From: an uncultured Chroococcidiopsis sp.
GTDB lineage: Bacteria > Cyanobacteriota > Cyanobacteriia > Cyanobacteriales > Chroococcidiopsidaceae
Direction: 5' to 3'
Length of the DNA: 64,000 bases
NCBI GenBank assembly: GCA_964248365.1
Contig: CAXTYC010000005.1
Span: 32,001 to 96,000, forward strand
Shown here: in pieces, positions 30,299 to 41,248 of the stretch
Position numbering within the stretch: the first letter of the stretch is position 1
Layout of the letters: every line of letters starts with the position of its first letter
The notes under the pieces: model-generated
Database searches by the model: none
What the model was told of the DNA's origin: nothing
What the model saw: only the letters and a program-made list of their open reading frames with translations
Program-made: the position numbers and the translations under genes

Positions 30299-32058
30299 TG
30301 TCATTAAGAAATAAAGCAGTCGCTTTTGCAATTGCGCTTGGCACTTTACCAGTTGTAGGCTGCGGTGCGATCGCTTATCATTTTGCTAACACCAACATTG
30401 TTAAATCTGAGATTAAATATCAAGAATCTAGTGCTGTTAGTTTAAGTAGTAACGTTAATCGCTTCTTATTTGAACGTTATGGAGACATTCAGACTCTTGC
30501 TAATTTATCTATTCTCAATGCTCCTAAATACACCACAGATATTACACCACAAACAAAGCAAAATATTCTGAATAAATTCATAGAAACTTCTAGAGTTTAC
30601 GACAGCATAGCTGCATTCGATCTAAATGGTAACGTAATTTTACAATCATCAGGAACGCCGATTTCTAACCATAAAAATAGGGCTTATTTCCAGCAAGTCA
30701 TTCAAACCGGACAGCCTGTAATTAGCAATCCTGAAAAATCAACATCGACCCACGAAGTAGTGATTCACTTTGCTGCACCTGTGAGAGATGTAGATACAGG
30801 AAAAATTATTGCTGTAGTACGTTCCAGAATGCCAGTAAAAGCTTTGAATGACCTGATAGCAGACTTTGGCAGTAATGGAAACGAATGGCATTTGCTCGAT
30901 AATTCGTCAGGCAAATTCTTTGCCGCAGCCGAAACAAAACAGATAGGAAGAGATGCTAAATCAGATTTTGCTATCTTGCCCCAACTGCAAGCAGAAAATA
31001 AGGTAAATACTGCAATAGATGTTCAAAAGAGCAATCGCCGTGAACAATTAATCACTTATGCTCCTTCTGAAAAACTAGAAGGTTTACCACAACTCAACTG
31101 GAGCGTAGTTCTTGCGAGGGATACAAAAGACGTATTTGCCACCCAAAGACAATTAGTGTGGACTCTCCTTTTTGGTACTGGATTGACAGCATTAGTTGGT
31201 AGTGGGTTAGCCGTGCTATTAGCTAACCGCACGACAAAATTGGTTCAACACATTGCAGGTGAGATCGCCGCATCATCAACAGAAATTGCTGCGACAGTAG
31301 AGCAACAAGAACGCACCGTTTCCCTGCAAGCTTCATCAGTTAATCAAACCACGACGACGATGGATGAACTAGATGCATCCAGTCGCCAATCTGCTGAGCA
31401 AGCCGAAGCATCAGCCTCTGGTGCTAGACAAGCCTTAGCCCTAGCAGAAAACGGCACACAAGCCGTCCAGCAAACGATGCAAGGCATGACAACACTCAAA
31501 GACAAGGTGGGAGCTATAGCCGAGCAAATTCTGCGTCTATCCGAACAAACTATGCAAATCGGCGGCATATCGGGGTTAGTCGGAGACTTAGCCAACCAAA
31601 CCAATATGCTGGCTTTGAATGCAGCAGTAGAAGCAGCACGAGCCGGAGAGCATGGCAAAGGCTTTAGCGTTGTTGCTGGAGAAATTCGCAAATTAGCTGA
31701 TGAAAGTAAGAAATCAGCCCAGAAAATCACCGCTCTGGTGGCAGATATTCAAGGCTCAATCAACACTACTGTCATGGTGACTGATGAGGGAACTAAAACA
31801 GTAGATCAAGGTATCAATTTAGCGCAAGGTACTGCCGAAACCTTTAATCATGTTGCAGATTCAGTCAACAACGTATTTTTGAACAGCCAACAGATTTCCC
31901 TCAATGTCAAACAGCAAGCGATCGCTGTACGTCAAGTAGTCGAGGCGATGAATGCAATCAACTTGGGAGCCAGAGAAAGTGCGACTGGCATTACTCAAGT
32001 CAAAATTAGTACTCAACAATTGCAAGCTGCTGCACAAAATCTTAAAGAAATGGTTTAA
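30286..32058 (+). CDS. Methyl-accepting chemotaxis protein with dCache sensor
   Basis: LFERYGDIQ, YDSIA, RAYFQ, FAAPV Cache motifs; MCP signalling hairpin. Confidence 0.92.
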   Translation: MFKSMSLRNKAVAFAIALGTLPVVGCGAIAYHFANTNIVKSEIKYQESSAVSLSSNVNRFLFERYGDIQTLANLSILNAPKYTTDITPQTKQNILNKFIETSRVYDSIAAFDLNGNVILQSSGTPISNHKNRAYFQQVIQTGQPVISNPEKSTSTHEVVIHFAAPVRDVDTGKIIAVVRSRMPVKALNDLIADFGSNGNEWHLLDNSSGKFFAAAETKQIGRDAKSDFAILPQLQAENKVNTAIDVQKSNRREQLITYAPSEKLEGLPQLNWSVVLARDTKDVFATQRQLVWTLLFGTGLTALVGSGLAVLLANRTTKLVQHIAGEIAASSTEIAATVEQQERTVSLQASSVNQTTTTMDELDASSRQSAEQAEASASGARQALALAENGTQAVQQTMQGMTTLKDKVGAIAEQILRLSEQTMQIGGISGLVGDLANQTNMLALNAAVEAARAGEHGKGFSVVAGEIRKLADESKKSAQKITALVADIQGSINTTVMVTDEGTKTVDQGINLAQGTAETFNHVADSVNNVFLNSQQISLNVKQQAIAVRQVVEAMNAINLGARESATGITQVKISTQQLQAAAQNLKEMV

Positions 32059-32230
32059 AGGTTGAAGGGAAAAGGGGAAAGGGTAAAGGGTAAAGGTTGA
32101 AGGATGAAGGATAAAGATTGAAATTTCTACCTTCACACTTCTACCTTCACACTTCTAACTTCTAACTTCATCCTTCACACTTGTGTCGCTCCTCCTCCAA
32201 AGCCTCTAGTACGATCGCCCCTAATCAGCC

Positions 32231-34804
32231 ATGATGATAGAAGACGCAGAACTGCGTAATATTTTTAAAACAGCAAGCGAAGAACATTTGCAGAACCTGG
32301 AAGCGGGGTTAATGCATTTGGAGAAGAACCCTGGCGATCGCGCCAGATTAGAAGAAGTATTGCGCGAAGCTCACACACTCAAAGGCGATGCCCGAATGTT
32401 GGGTGTGCGCGATGTTGAGACACTCACTCATCAACTAGAAGAGATTTTGGTAGCATTCAAACGAGGGGAAAGTGCCTTAACAGGGGAAAAGTGCGATCGC
32501 CTCTATCAAGGATTGGATGCCATTCGCCAACTAGTACATGAGGCAGTTACTGGGCAAAGTGCCAATGTCAATGTTTTCTATGTCTTGGCTAAATTGATGG
32601 GAGCCGAGCCTACTGCTACCGATGAACAGGATCTCCCAGCTACTACCTTGCCTGATGTACACATAGATACACTTTTCCCTGACTCTATTCCAGAAGCTAC
32701 CAATCCATTCAACGAAATTGATGCGCTTTTTCCTGAACCGATTCCAGAAGTAGCCACATTTAACGACATTGATGCGCTCTTTCCTGAAACGCTTTTAGCA
32801 GCCCCTAAATCCAACGACGCTGAGGCAATCTTTGGTGACTCTATTCCAGAAGTTAGCCATCGATTTAACAACATTGAGGCAATCTTTGCCGACTCGATCC
32901 CATTTGTTCCTAAAACACCAATTCCAGCACACCAAGAGCCTGTTAACGTCCCTGCATCTGCCCTCCTAAAAACTTCTCCTACCTGGGAATTATTGCCACC
33001 AAAAGCGGCAGTAAGTGAAGAAGTTCCAGCTGACAATTACCAAATTGAGACAATTCGCGTCGAGCCACAAAAACTCGATTTCCTAATGACTCAAGCAGGT
33101 GAGCTAACCGTGACTAAAAATCGCATTGCTCACCATATAAGTGAGATTTCAGAAATCCTTACTCTATGCGAAGAGTGCAGCCGAGATGCCTTTGTTAATC
33201 GTATAACTCTAAAAGATAGTGATCCGCACTTGCACAATGGTGCAATCAGGCAAGTACAAAGTTTTCAGCATCGGACACAAGAACGTCTAGAACGCTTGCT
33301 CATTTTGATCAACCAGCTAAAAACTACTGCTACTGAAGACAGTGCCAGATTAGACATTGTAGCCAATGAATTAGAGTCAGGAATTCGGACGCTGCGCCTG
33401 TTACCCTTATCGTCGATTTTTAATCTTTTTCCCCGCATGGTGCGGGATTTGGCAAAGCAGCAATCCAAAGAAGTGAATTTGGTAATTGAGGGTGGAGACA
33501 CTAAAGCAGACAAGCGGATTTTGGAAGAAATGAAAGATCCGCTGATGCATATGCTTCGTAATGCGATCGATCATGGTATCGAAACACCGCAAGAGCGTCA
33601 GCAGCTAGGTAAGCCTCGTACTGCTACGATCCGTCTTAGAGGTTATCACAATGGCACTAGTATTGGCATTGAGATCCTAGACGATGGGCGGGGATTGAAC
33701 ATCGAGAGCATCAAACGGACTGCTCTGCGACGGGGAATTTGTAGCGAAGCAGAACTAGCAACCATGACAACCGCTCAAATTCAGTCACTGATTTTTGCCC
33801 CTGGATTTTCAACTCGTACAGAGGTAACTGAGATTTCTGGTAGAGGAGTGGGTTTGGATGTAGTTCGGGCTAAAGTTGAGCGACTCAAAGGCACTATCCA
33901 AGTCGAATCGGCGCATGGGGGAGGATCTACATTCCGGCTGCAATTAAACACAACCATCACAACAACTAATGTGTTGATTGTGGAAGTGAACAATATGTAC
34001 TACGCACTTCCAGTTGAGTTTGTGCAAACAACGCGCCTCGTGTCTTGGTGTGAAATCTTCGCCCTAGAAGGCAGTCAAACTATTATCTTGGATAGTCAGC
34101 CTGTTTCTGTCGCCCCGCTTGCCGAACTGCTGGAATTACCTACAAGTGTCCCAGGTAATGCGATCGCCCCTGATGCAGCGTCCAAAATGCTACCTTGTAT
34201 TATTCTGCAACTCGGTAATGAACGCTTGGGCTTGCTGGTTGATGCTTTGTTAGATCAACAGGATGTAGTGCTTAAACCGCAAAGCAAGTTGCTGGGGCGA
34301 ATTCGCAACATTTCTGGAGCAACAATTCTCAGCACTGGGCAAGTTTGTATGATTCTCAATCCCCAAGATTTGCTGCTGACGGTGCGTAAGCGATCTGGAT
34401 CTGGAATGACTGCCCAAAAAACAATTGAGCCAACAAAATCGAAGCAAACAATTTTGTTGGTAGAAGACTCAATTACAATTCGCACTCAAGTTAAACGAAT
34501 TCTTGAAGGTGCAGGTTATGAAGTAGTAGCAGCGGTAGATGGATTAGACGGCTTTAACAAACTGAGGATGCAAAATTTTGATGCTGTTGTCTCTGATGTA
34601 CAGATGCCCAATCTTGACGGTCTAGGGCTTGCCGCTAAAATTCGTCAGTACAAAGAATATAGCGAACTGCCAATTATTCTCGTTACTACTTTGGCATCAG
34701 ACGAGGATAAAAGAAGAGGTGCGGAGGCAGGGGCTAATGCTTACCTGACTAAGGGCAATTTTGATCAAAAACTACTAATAGATACATTAAGCAGGTTGGT
34801 TTAA
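32231..34804 (+). CDS. cheA: Hybrid CheA kinase (Hpt-dimerisation-HATPase-CheW-REC)
   Basis: REAHTLKG, HMLRNAIDHGIE, DDGRG, SGRGVGLDVV, C-terminal receiver SDVQMP. Confidence 0.95.
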   Translation: MMIEDAELRNIFKTASEEHLQNLEAGLMHLEKNPGDRARLEEVLREAHTLKGDARMLGVRDVETLTHQLEEILVAFKRGESALTGEKCDRLYQGLDAIRQLVHEAVTGQSANVNVFYVLAKLMGAEPTATDEQDLPATTLPDVHIDTLFPDSIPEATNPFNEIDALFPEPIPEVATFNDIDALFPETLLAAPKSNDAEAIFGDSIPEVSHRFNNIEAIFADSIPFVPKTPIPAHQEPVNVPASALLKTSPTWELLPPKAAVSEEVPADNYQIETIRVEPQKLDFLMTQAGELTVTKNRIAHHISEISEILTLCEECSRDAFVNRITLKDSDPHLHNGAIRQVQSFQHRTQERLERLLILINQLKTTATEDSARLDIVANELESGIRTLRLLPLSSIFNLFPRMVRDLAKQQSKEVNLVIEGGDTKADKRILEEMKDPLMHMLRNAIDHGIETPQERQQLGKPRTATIRLRGYHNGTSIGIEILDDGRGLNIESIKRTALRRGICSEAELATMTTAQIQSLIFAPGFSTRTEVTEISGRGVGLDVVRAKVERLKGTIQVESAHGGGSTFRLQLNTTITTTNVLIVEVNNMYYALPVEFVQTTRLVSWCEIFALEGSQTIILDSQPVSVAPLAELLELPTSVPGNAIAPDAASKMLPCIILQLGNERLGLLVDALLDQQDVVLKPQSKLLGRIRNISGATILSTGQVCMILNPQDLLLTVRKRSGSGMTAQKTIEPTKSKQTILLVEDSITIRTQVKRILEGAGYEVVAAVDGLDGFNKLRMQNFDAVVSDVQMPNLDGLGLAAKIRQYKEYSELPIILVTTLASDEDKRRGAEAGANAYLTKGNFDQKLLIDTLSRLV

Positions 34805-35881
34805 ATGGTAGAATATCCTATTAAAGTTTTATTGGTAGAAGATTCACCGATCGCTCTGGAAATTCTCGCAAGGCTCCTTAGCTCTTCTGATCAGGTCAAG
34901 CTTGTAGGTAAGGCTCGCAACGGTAAAGAAGCCCTAGAACTAATCGCCAAGAGTCAGCCAGCAGTAATTTGTACAGACCTGCACATGAAAGAAATGGACG
35001 GGCTTGCTTTCACCCAGCACTTAATGGCAACAAACCCTCGACCCATTTTGGTGATCAGTAATTCGGTACAAAAAGAGAACACCCAAACTATTTTTCAGCT
35101 TCTGCAAGCTGGAGCAGTAGATGTTTTTCCTAAACCAACTACTGGACTGGCTTCAGATTATGAGCAAGTCAAGCGGGATTTGATTGGTAAGATCAAGCTT
35201 CTAGCTGGAGTGACGGTTTTTACCAAGCGGCAACCGACACTTAATAATATTAATCACTCGGCAGCATCTGTCTTGCACTCATCAACGGCTAGACAGGTTA
35301 TGAATATTACTAGCTCCATCAGGGTAGTCACTATTGGAGCTTCTACAGGAGGTCCTCAAGCCCTACACAAAATTCTTGCCCAACTCCCTGCTAATTTCCC
35401 CCTTCCTGTGATTTGTACCCAGCATATCAGTGAAGGTTTTTTGCAGGGCTTGATAGATTGGCTTGGTTCTGAGTGTAAGTTAAAAGTTAAGATTGCCCAA
35501 CCAGGTGAGTCGCCCCATGCTGGAATCGTTTATTTTGCCCCTGAAAGAAGTCATTTAGAACTTGATACTATGGGTAGATTTATTTATTCCTTGTCTTCAC
35601 CCGTAGATGGTCACTGTCCTTCGATTACAGTAGTATTTAAGTCTGTTGCGAAATTTTATGGTAGGGCAACAGCGGGTGTGCTGTTGACAGGAATGGGGAA
35701 AGACGGTGCAGCAGGAATGCAGGTGATCGCAACAGCCGGAGGTTTGACAATTGCCCAAGACGAAAAAAGTAGTGTAATTTTTGGTATGCCAAAAGAAGCG
35801 ATCGCTTTAGGTGCAGCAGGACAAATTCTGCCAATTGGGGAAATCGCCCCCTTCTTGCTGAACAAGATTTTCAGAGGCTAG
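34805..35881 (+). CDS. cheB: Chemotaxis methylesterase CheB (REC + esterase)
   Basis: GASTGG, QH, TGMGKDG catalytic motifs; start abuts the cheA stop. Confidence 0.95.
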   Translation: MVEYPIKVLLVEDSPIALEILARLLSSSDQVKLVGKARNGKEALELIAKSQPAVICTDLHMKEMDGLAFTQHLMATNPRPILVISNSVQKENTQTIFQLLQAGAVDVFPKPTTGLASDYEQVKRDLIGKIKLLAGVTVFTKRQPTLNNINHSAASVLHSSTARQVMNITSSIRVVTIGASTGGPQALHKILAQLPANFPLPVICTQHISEGFLQGLIDWLGSECKLKVKIAQPGESPHAGIVYFAPERSHLELDTMGRFIYSLSSPVDGHCPSITVVFKSVAKFYGRATAGVLLTGMGKDGAAGMQVIATAGGLTIAQDEKSSVIFGMPKEAIALGAAGQILPIGEIAPFLLNKIFRG

Positions 35882-36135
35882 AGGCTAGGGGCTAGAGGAA
35901 CCAGAGGCTAAGGGCTAGGGGCTAGAAGAAAGCATAGGGGAGCTGGGGTAGCGCAGGGGGTCTCGCCTGCAAAGGAGCAAAGGGGAGATAATATTTATAT
36001 ACTCTAGCAACTCGCAAGAGGACAAGGGGACAAGGAGACAAGGGGACAAGGGGACAAGGGGAAAGAACACGGCATAAACACGAGCCTTGTCCCCCCAACA
36101 CAAAAGTCCCCCCCTCTTCTTCTAGCCCCTAGCCC
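35875..36135. repeat. STRR tracts (GAGGCTA/GGGGCTA, GGACAAGG)
   Basis: Visible tandem repeats. Similar tracts at 1-88, 11087-11160, 32058-32180, 36567-36780, 39085-39210, 51045-51120, 57480-57640, 59405-59600, 63240-63340. Confidence 0.85.
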
Positions 36136-36564
36136 CTATTCAAACAGCCAAGCTCTGACTCGCTCTAAACTCTTCCAATCTGGTTTTCTATTTAAACCGT
36201 CTGCGATACTTTGTTTAATCTCATCGCGCATTTCTGAATCGATCATAATCAACTGCATTGCTAGATCGACGTGTTGCCGCACACCCTTTTGATTCGATTC
36301 GAGCATGGCAACGGCTAAATTAACTCTTGCCTGGGCATCATGGGGATTTAGTTTAACTGACTTCTGGGCAGCTTTGAGTGCAGCAGTGGGTTTGTTGTTC
36401 AACAAGTACAACCACGCAAGACACGCCCAAGCAGGGCTGCTTTTGGGAGCGCGATCGCAAATTTCCTGAAAAATCGGAATTAAGCTCGCTGGTTCTTCCC
36501 CAGCTTTGTAGCGTTCTAAAGCGGTATCAAATAGAGATGCAACAGTTTCGGTCATTGTAATCAA
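36136..36564 (-). CDS. Conserved cyanobacterial TPR protein
   Basis: AWACLAWLYLL...AQKSVKLNPHDAQARVNLA TPR pattern; downstream of iscA. Confidence 0.8.
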   Translation of the reverse strand: MITMTETVASLFDTALERYKAGEEPASLIPIFQEICDRAPKSSPAWACLAWLYLLNNKPTAALKAAQKSVKLNPHDAQARVNLAVAMLESNQKGVRQHVDLAMQLIMIDSEMRDEIKQSIADGLNRKPDWKSLERVRAWLFE

Positions 36565-36785
36565 GGAGGCTAGGGACTAAGGACTAGGGGCTAGAGGCGC
36601 AGGGGCTAGAGGCGCAGGGGCTAGAGAAACTAGTGGCTATTGGTCTTCTTCCCCTGAAGCTCCCCTGCCCCCCCCTTCCCCCAACCCCACTACGCGAGTG
36701 ACCCCCCTGCCCCCCTATCCCCGGTTCCGAAGGAACTGGGGACTCCGAGTCCCCCCTGCCCTCTTCTAGCCCCTCGCCCCTAAAA

Positions 36786-37142
36786 TTAAACACCAAAGGA
36801 TTTGCCGCAACCACAGGTTTGTGAGGCGTTGGGGTTGGTGAATTGGAAACCACCGCCGATCATGGCGTTGCTGTAGTCCAACATCAAGCCGTATAGGTAT
36901 AACATACTCTTGCGATCGCAGATGATTTTGAAGCCCTCATAGTCAAATACTTCATCATCTGAGCGGATTTTACTAATATCTTCAAAATCCATCATGTAAG
37001 ACATTCCAGAGCAACCACCCTGCCGTACCCCTACTCGGAGGCATAGGTCAAGACCTTGTTGATCTCTTAAAAATAGAATGTGCCGCCTCGCTGCTTCACT
37101 TAGTAAAATGCCTTGTTTTTGAGGTTGGGTAGTGGTTGTCAT
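36786..37142 (-). CDS. iscA: A-type Fe-S carrier (IscA/HesB)
   Basis: GGCSGMSY and [14 protein letters not shown]. Confidence 0.93.
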   Translation of the reverse strand: MTTTTQPQKQGILLSEAARRHILFLRDQQGLDLCLRVGVRQGGCSGMSYMMDFEDISKIRSDDEVFDYEGFKIICDRKSMLYLYGLMLDYSNAMIGGGFQFTNPNASQTCGCGKSFGV

Positions 37143-37430
37143 AGTTTAATTAAACTCCTGGTGTCGTTTAACTATAAGATTAATTGCAGCTTTTTTGTTT
37201 ATTGTAGCGACAACACAGTAGAGGTTTTAAAAATTGTGCTTTGATCCGACAAAAGAGAGCTAAAGCTTTCTATCCTAGAATTGATAGGTCGAACTCTTTG
37301 GTAAAGAATTTGAGCGAGGAAATAAGCAAAAACTACTGCTTATGGTAGTAATTAGCAGTAAATTGTAAAAAAATTTATAATCTCTAGTTTAACCCAAAAG
37401 TTCGCAATGTCTCCCTGATTGGCTTGGTAT

Positions 37431-39083
37431 ATGACAACTTCGTTGAATCTTTATACGCGTCGCCGTTTGCAGAAATTAAATCAGATTCCTTGTGTCTGGG
37501 AGGGCGATCGCCGTTCATTGTCAGCACCACCACCGAGATCAGACTCAGAGGCAAATAGCGAGTGTATTTTATGGGTGGATGGATCGCAAGGCGTTGTCCG
37601 CGCAATGGATGTAGTAGCTGCTGACACTGGTCCTGAAGCAGTTGTACGCACTTTACTACGAGCAATGGAGCATCCCAACACTCCAGCTAAACCAGCTCGA
37701 CCGCAGAAAATTGTAGTGCGCGATCGGGAAATTCAGTTCTTCCTGCGTGGGGTACTACAAGAGCTAGGAATTGCCATTGACTATGTACCAGATTTACCCC
37801 TAATTGATGAACTGTATCAGCGCTTTCAAGATGAGGTAGGAACTTACACCCCTGAACTACCGCCCCAATATGCTGAAGTACTGAGGAAAAAGGCATTTGA
37901 GGTTTGGCAGGCTGCTCCTTGGGAATTTTTAGAAGAACACCAAATCTTAGCGATTAAGCTCAACTATAACGATATTGACACACTTTATGCCTCAGTCATG
38001 GGAATGCTAGGGATGGAGTATGGGATTTTGTTATATCGCTCTGAAGACTCCCTTAAGCGGTTTCGAGCTAAGGTATTAACAGAAGAAGAATCGACCGAGC
38101 AGCTAGAAGAAGCCTTCCTGAAGCAGGATTGCCTGTTTTTGACCTTTGAGCGCAACGACGAAACTCCAGTAGATCTGGAGTCAGGATTTGTAGACTTAGC
38201 CAATTTGCCATTATCAGAAGTGCAGCCATCTTTTGGTAATATTCATCCTCTAGAAGGGTTGCGCTCTGTGCTTTATGACGAAGAGGCGATCGCTGTATAT
38301 ATGGCTCTAGAAGCCCTGAATCGCTTTATCCGTAACGAGCGGAAACATTTGGGCGCAAAAACCTTACCTGCTTTAAGTCGGAATTATCGTATTTGTCTAC
38401 CCCAGGCAAAAAATAGCGAAAAAAATCAGCCTCGTTCTGTGACTGTCTCCACTATGCCGTCTTTGGCAGCAGAGTTAGAGGAAATGGCGGACACGCTCGC
38501 AGCCGAATTAGAAGACGACCCAATGTTAGACGCTTTACCTATGTTCCGGTCGTTACGCGATGACCTCATCCCAGAAGATTCTTTCTTAAGCCTGGGTGTG
38601 GTGTCGTGGGAAACAGTCGAGTACTTACGGCAGGGAGTCACGCACCACCAGGTAGGAAAGCCAACCATAGCAGGAGACGGTTTACCAGTAGTTTTGATTC
38701 AAACTAGCCGTCCGAAAGCAAAAACGGTGATTGAAGTAGTCCAGGCGGCTGGAGGACTTCAAGGCATTGGTTTTAATCCAGGTGCAGATCCGTTTGGAGG
38801 CGATCGCTATGATTTAGGCGTTCTGCAAACCGTCAATGGTGAACTATTCCTGTTTGGTGAGTTTTTGGAGGATGATCCAGTACATACTGCTGCTAGGCGC
38901 AAGTGGGAGCAACGATGTAAACAAACCAAGGGCTACTGTGGCTTGATCATTGCCAGGGGATTAATGGGGGCTTCGCGGGGACAACCGCAATTACGCGATA
39001 TGATGGCTCTATTTGAAGGGCGAAGTCTCTCAGCTAAAGATTTGGGAATTGGTATGCTGCAACTAATGCCGCAATTCGAGTGA
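37431..39083 (+). CDS. Conserved cyanobacterial hypothetical protein
   Basis: Long ORF with normal composition (WEGDRR, GMLGMEYG motifs); function not recognised. Confidence 0.75.
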   Translation: MTTSLNLYTRRRLQKLNQIPCVWEGDRRSLSAPPPRSDSEANSECILWVDGSQGVVRAMDVVAADTGPEAVVRTLLRAMEHPNTPAKPARPQKIVVRDREIQFFLRGVLQELGIAIDYVPDLPLIDELYQRFQDEVGTYTPELPPQYAEVLRKKAFEVWQAAPWEFLEEHQILAIKLNYNDIDTLYASVMGMLGMEYGILLYRSEDSLKRFRAKVLTEEESTEQLEEAFLKQDCLFLTFERNDETPVDLESGFVDLANLPLSEVQPSFGNIHPLEGLRSVLYDEEAIAVYMALEALNRFIRNERKHLGAKTLPALSRNYRICLPQAKNSEKNQPRSVTVSTMPSLAAELEEMADTLAAELEDDPMLDALPMFRSLRDDLIPEDSFLSLGVVSWETVEYLRQGVTHHQVGKPTIAGDGLPVVLIQTSRPKAKTVIEVVQAAGGLQGIGFNPGADPFGGDRYDLGVLQTVNGELFLFGEFLEDDPVHTAARRKWEQRCKQTKGYCGLIIARGLMGASRGQPQLRDMMALFEGRSLSAKDLGIGMLQLMPQFE

Positions 39084-39246
39084 GAGGTTAGAGGCTAGGG
39101 GCTAGGGACTAGAAGAGAGCACTCTTGAGCAGGGATCGCTGTGGGGAGCAGGGGGGAAATTACCCTTTACCCTTTCCCCTAGTCCCTAGTCCCTAGTCCC
39201 CAGTCCCTATTAATATATGTAAAGAAAGAAAAGAAGGAAACTCTGA

Positions 39247-40716
39247 ATGCGCGTTGCAATTGTCGGGGCGGGACTGGCTGGGCTAGCAACTGCTGTAGAA
39301 TTGGCTGATGCTGGTTGGGAAGTAGAAATTTTTGAGTCTCGCCCTTTTGTTGGCGGTAAAGTCGGCAGCTGGGTTGATGCAGATGGCAATCATGTTGAAA
39401 TGGGATTGCACGTATTTTTTGGTTGCTACTATCAACTGTTTGACTTAATGCAGAAGGTGGGGGCAGGTAACAACCTGCGGCTCAAGGATCATGTCCACAC
39501 CTTTATCAACAAAGGTGGACGCACTGGGGAATTAGATTTTCGCTTTCTCACGGGTGCGCCGTTTAATGGGTTGAAAGCATTTTTCACTACTTCTCAACTG
39601 TCGTTGCAAGATAAAGCTCAAAATGCGATCGCTCTTGGTACTAGCCCCATCGTGCGAGGTTTGGTAGATTTTGATGGGGCAATGAAAACTATCCGCAACC
39701 TTGATCGCATTAGTTTTGCTGACTGGTTCCGACGACAAGGAGGTAGTGACGGCAGCATCAAGCGAATGTGGAACCCCATTGCTTACGCCTTGGGCTTTAT
39801 CGACTGTGAAAATATTTCTGCTCGTTGTATGTTGACAATATTCCAATTATTTGCTGCCAGAACCGAAGCATCCGTCCTGCGGATGTTGGAAGGTTCACCA
39901 TCCGAATACTTGCACAAGCCAATTGTTGAGTATCTCGAAGCAAGAGGAACAAAAATTTATACTCGTCGAAGAGTGCGAGAAATTCAGTTTACTGAAGACG
40001 GGAAGCAAACCCATGTTACTGGCTTGGTAGTTGCCCAAGGTGACACTGAAGAAACTATTACTGCTGATGCTTACTTGTGTGCCTGTGATGTGCCAGGAAT
40101 TCAGCGAATTATACCACAAAAATGGCGGCAGTGGTCAGAATTTGACAATATTTATAAATTAGATGCAGTACCAGTGGCAACAGTGCAACTGCGATTTGAT
40201 GGTTGGGTGACAGAACTGCATGATGGCGAGAAACGTAAACAACTCCATGAAGCGGCTGGCTTAGATAATTTGCTGTATACGCCTGATGCTGACTTTTCTT
40301 GTTTTGCTGATATGGCTTTGACTAGTCCGGCTGATTATTACCGAGAAGGGCAGGGTTCGTTATTGCAGCTGGTACTGACACCAGGAGATCCTTTTATTAA
40401 GGAAAGTAATGAAGCGATCGCTCACCACGTCCTGAAGCAAGTACATGAGCTGTTCCCTTCTTCGCGGGAGTTGAACATGACCTGGTATAGTGTTGTCAAA
40501 TTGGCGAAATCTCTCTACCGCGAAGCCCCTGGTATGGACCCTTATCGACCACCCCAAAAAACGCCTGTAGCTAATTTCTTCCTTGCGGGGAGTTACACTC
40601 AGCAGGACTACATCGATAGTATGGAGGGGGCGACTATTTCGGGACGGCTGGCGGCGAAGGCAATTTTGGAGAATGTAGAGAAATTAGCGGGTAGTGGGCA
40701 ATTGTCAGCTGTGTAG
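39247..40716 (+). CDS. crtQ: 9,9'-di-cis-zeta-carotene desaturase
   Basis: [35 protein letters not shown]. Confidence 0.95.
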   Translation: MRVAIVGAGLAGLATAVELADAGWEVEIFESRPFVGGKVGSWVDADGNHVEMGLHVFFGCYYQLFDLMQKVGAGNNLRLKDHVHTFINKGGRTGELDFRFLTGAPFNGLKAFFTTSQLSLQDKAQNAIALGTSPIVRGLVDFDGAMKTIRNLDRISFADWFRRQGGSDGSIKRMWNPIAYALGFIDCENISARCMLTIFQLFAARTEASVLRMLEGSPSEYLHKPIVEYLEARGTKIYTRRRVREIQFTEDGKQTHVTGLVVAQGDTEETITADAYLCACDVPGIQRIIPQKWRQWSEFDNIYKLDAVPVATVQLRFDGWVTELHDGEKRKQLHEAAGLDNLLYTPDADFSCFADMALTSPADYYREGQGSLLQLVLTPGDPFIKESNEAIAHHVLKQVHELFPSSRELNMTWYSVVKLAKSLYREAPGMDPYRPPQKTPVANFFLAGSYTQQDYIDSMEGATISGRLAAKAILENVEKLAGSGQLSAV

Positions 40717-40757
40717 AGACGAACCGCAGAGGCGCAGAGGGCGCAGAGGAAGGGTAG

Positions 40758-41204
40758 ATGGCTGATTGGTTGGAGCATAGTGTACAGGTGGAGATAGACG
40801 CTCCGATTGATTTGGTGTGGAGTTTGTGGGCTGATTTGGAGCAGATGCCGCGTTGGATGAAGTGGATTGATTCGGTGAAGGTGTTGGAGGGTCAGTCGGA
40901 GTTGTCGCGGTGGAAGTTGAATACTGGTGGTTTGGAATTTAGTTGGCTTTCGCGGATTATTAAGATTGTGCCGCACCAGATTATTGAATGGGAATCTGTT
41001 GATGGTTTGCCTAATCGGGGTGCTATTCGGTTTTATGACCGGAAAACCAGTAGCATTGTTAAACTTAGTGTTGCCTATGCTATTCCTGGTATTTTGGGCA
41101 AAATCATGGATAATCTCTTTTTAGGTCGCGTTGTTGAATCTACTATTCGCGCCGATTTGGAAAGGTTTCGAGAATATGCGTTGAAAGCTAAATCTCAATC
41201 CTAA
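40758..41204 (+). CDS. SRPBCC/polyketide cyclase family protein
   Basis: WLEHSVQVE..W.DLEQMPRWM, GLPNRGAIRF; follows crtQ. Confidence 0.85.
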   Translation: MADWLEHSVQVEIDAPIDLVWSLWADLEQMPRWMKWIDSVKVLEGQSELSRWKLNTGGLEFSWLSRIIKIVPHQIIEWESVDGLPNRGAIRFYDRKTSSIVKLSVAYAIPGILGKIMDNLFLGRVVESTIRADLERFREYALKAKSQS

Positions 41205-41248
41205 TGCAGGGGCGGCGTTTTGCAGTATAGCAATAAGTTCGTTGTTGA

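Noticed and set aside
31344..33592. Several 60-150 aa minus-strand ORFs
   Set aside because: Shadow ORFs antisense to MCP and cheA; the same applies to most other short overlapping ORFs in the track
36584..36853. 89-aa Gly/Ser-rich ORF
   Set aside because: Translation of STRR repeats that overlaps iscA
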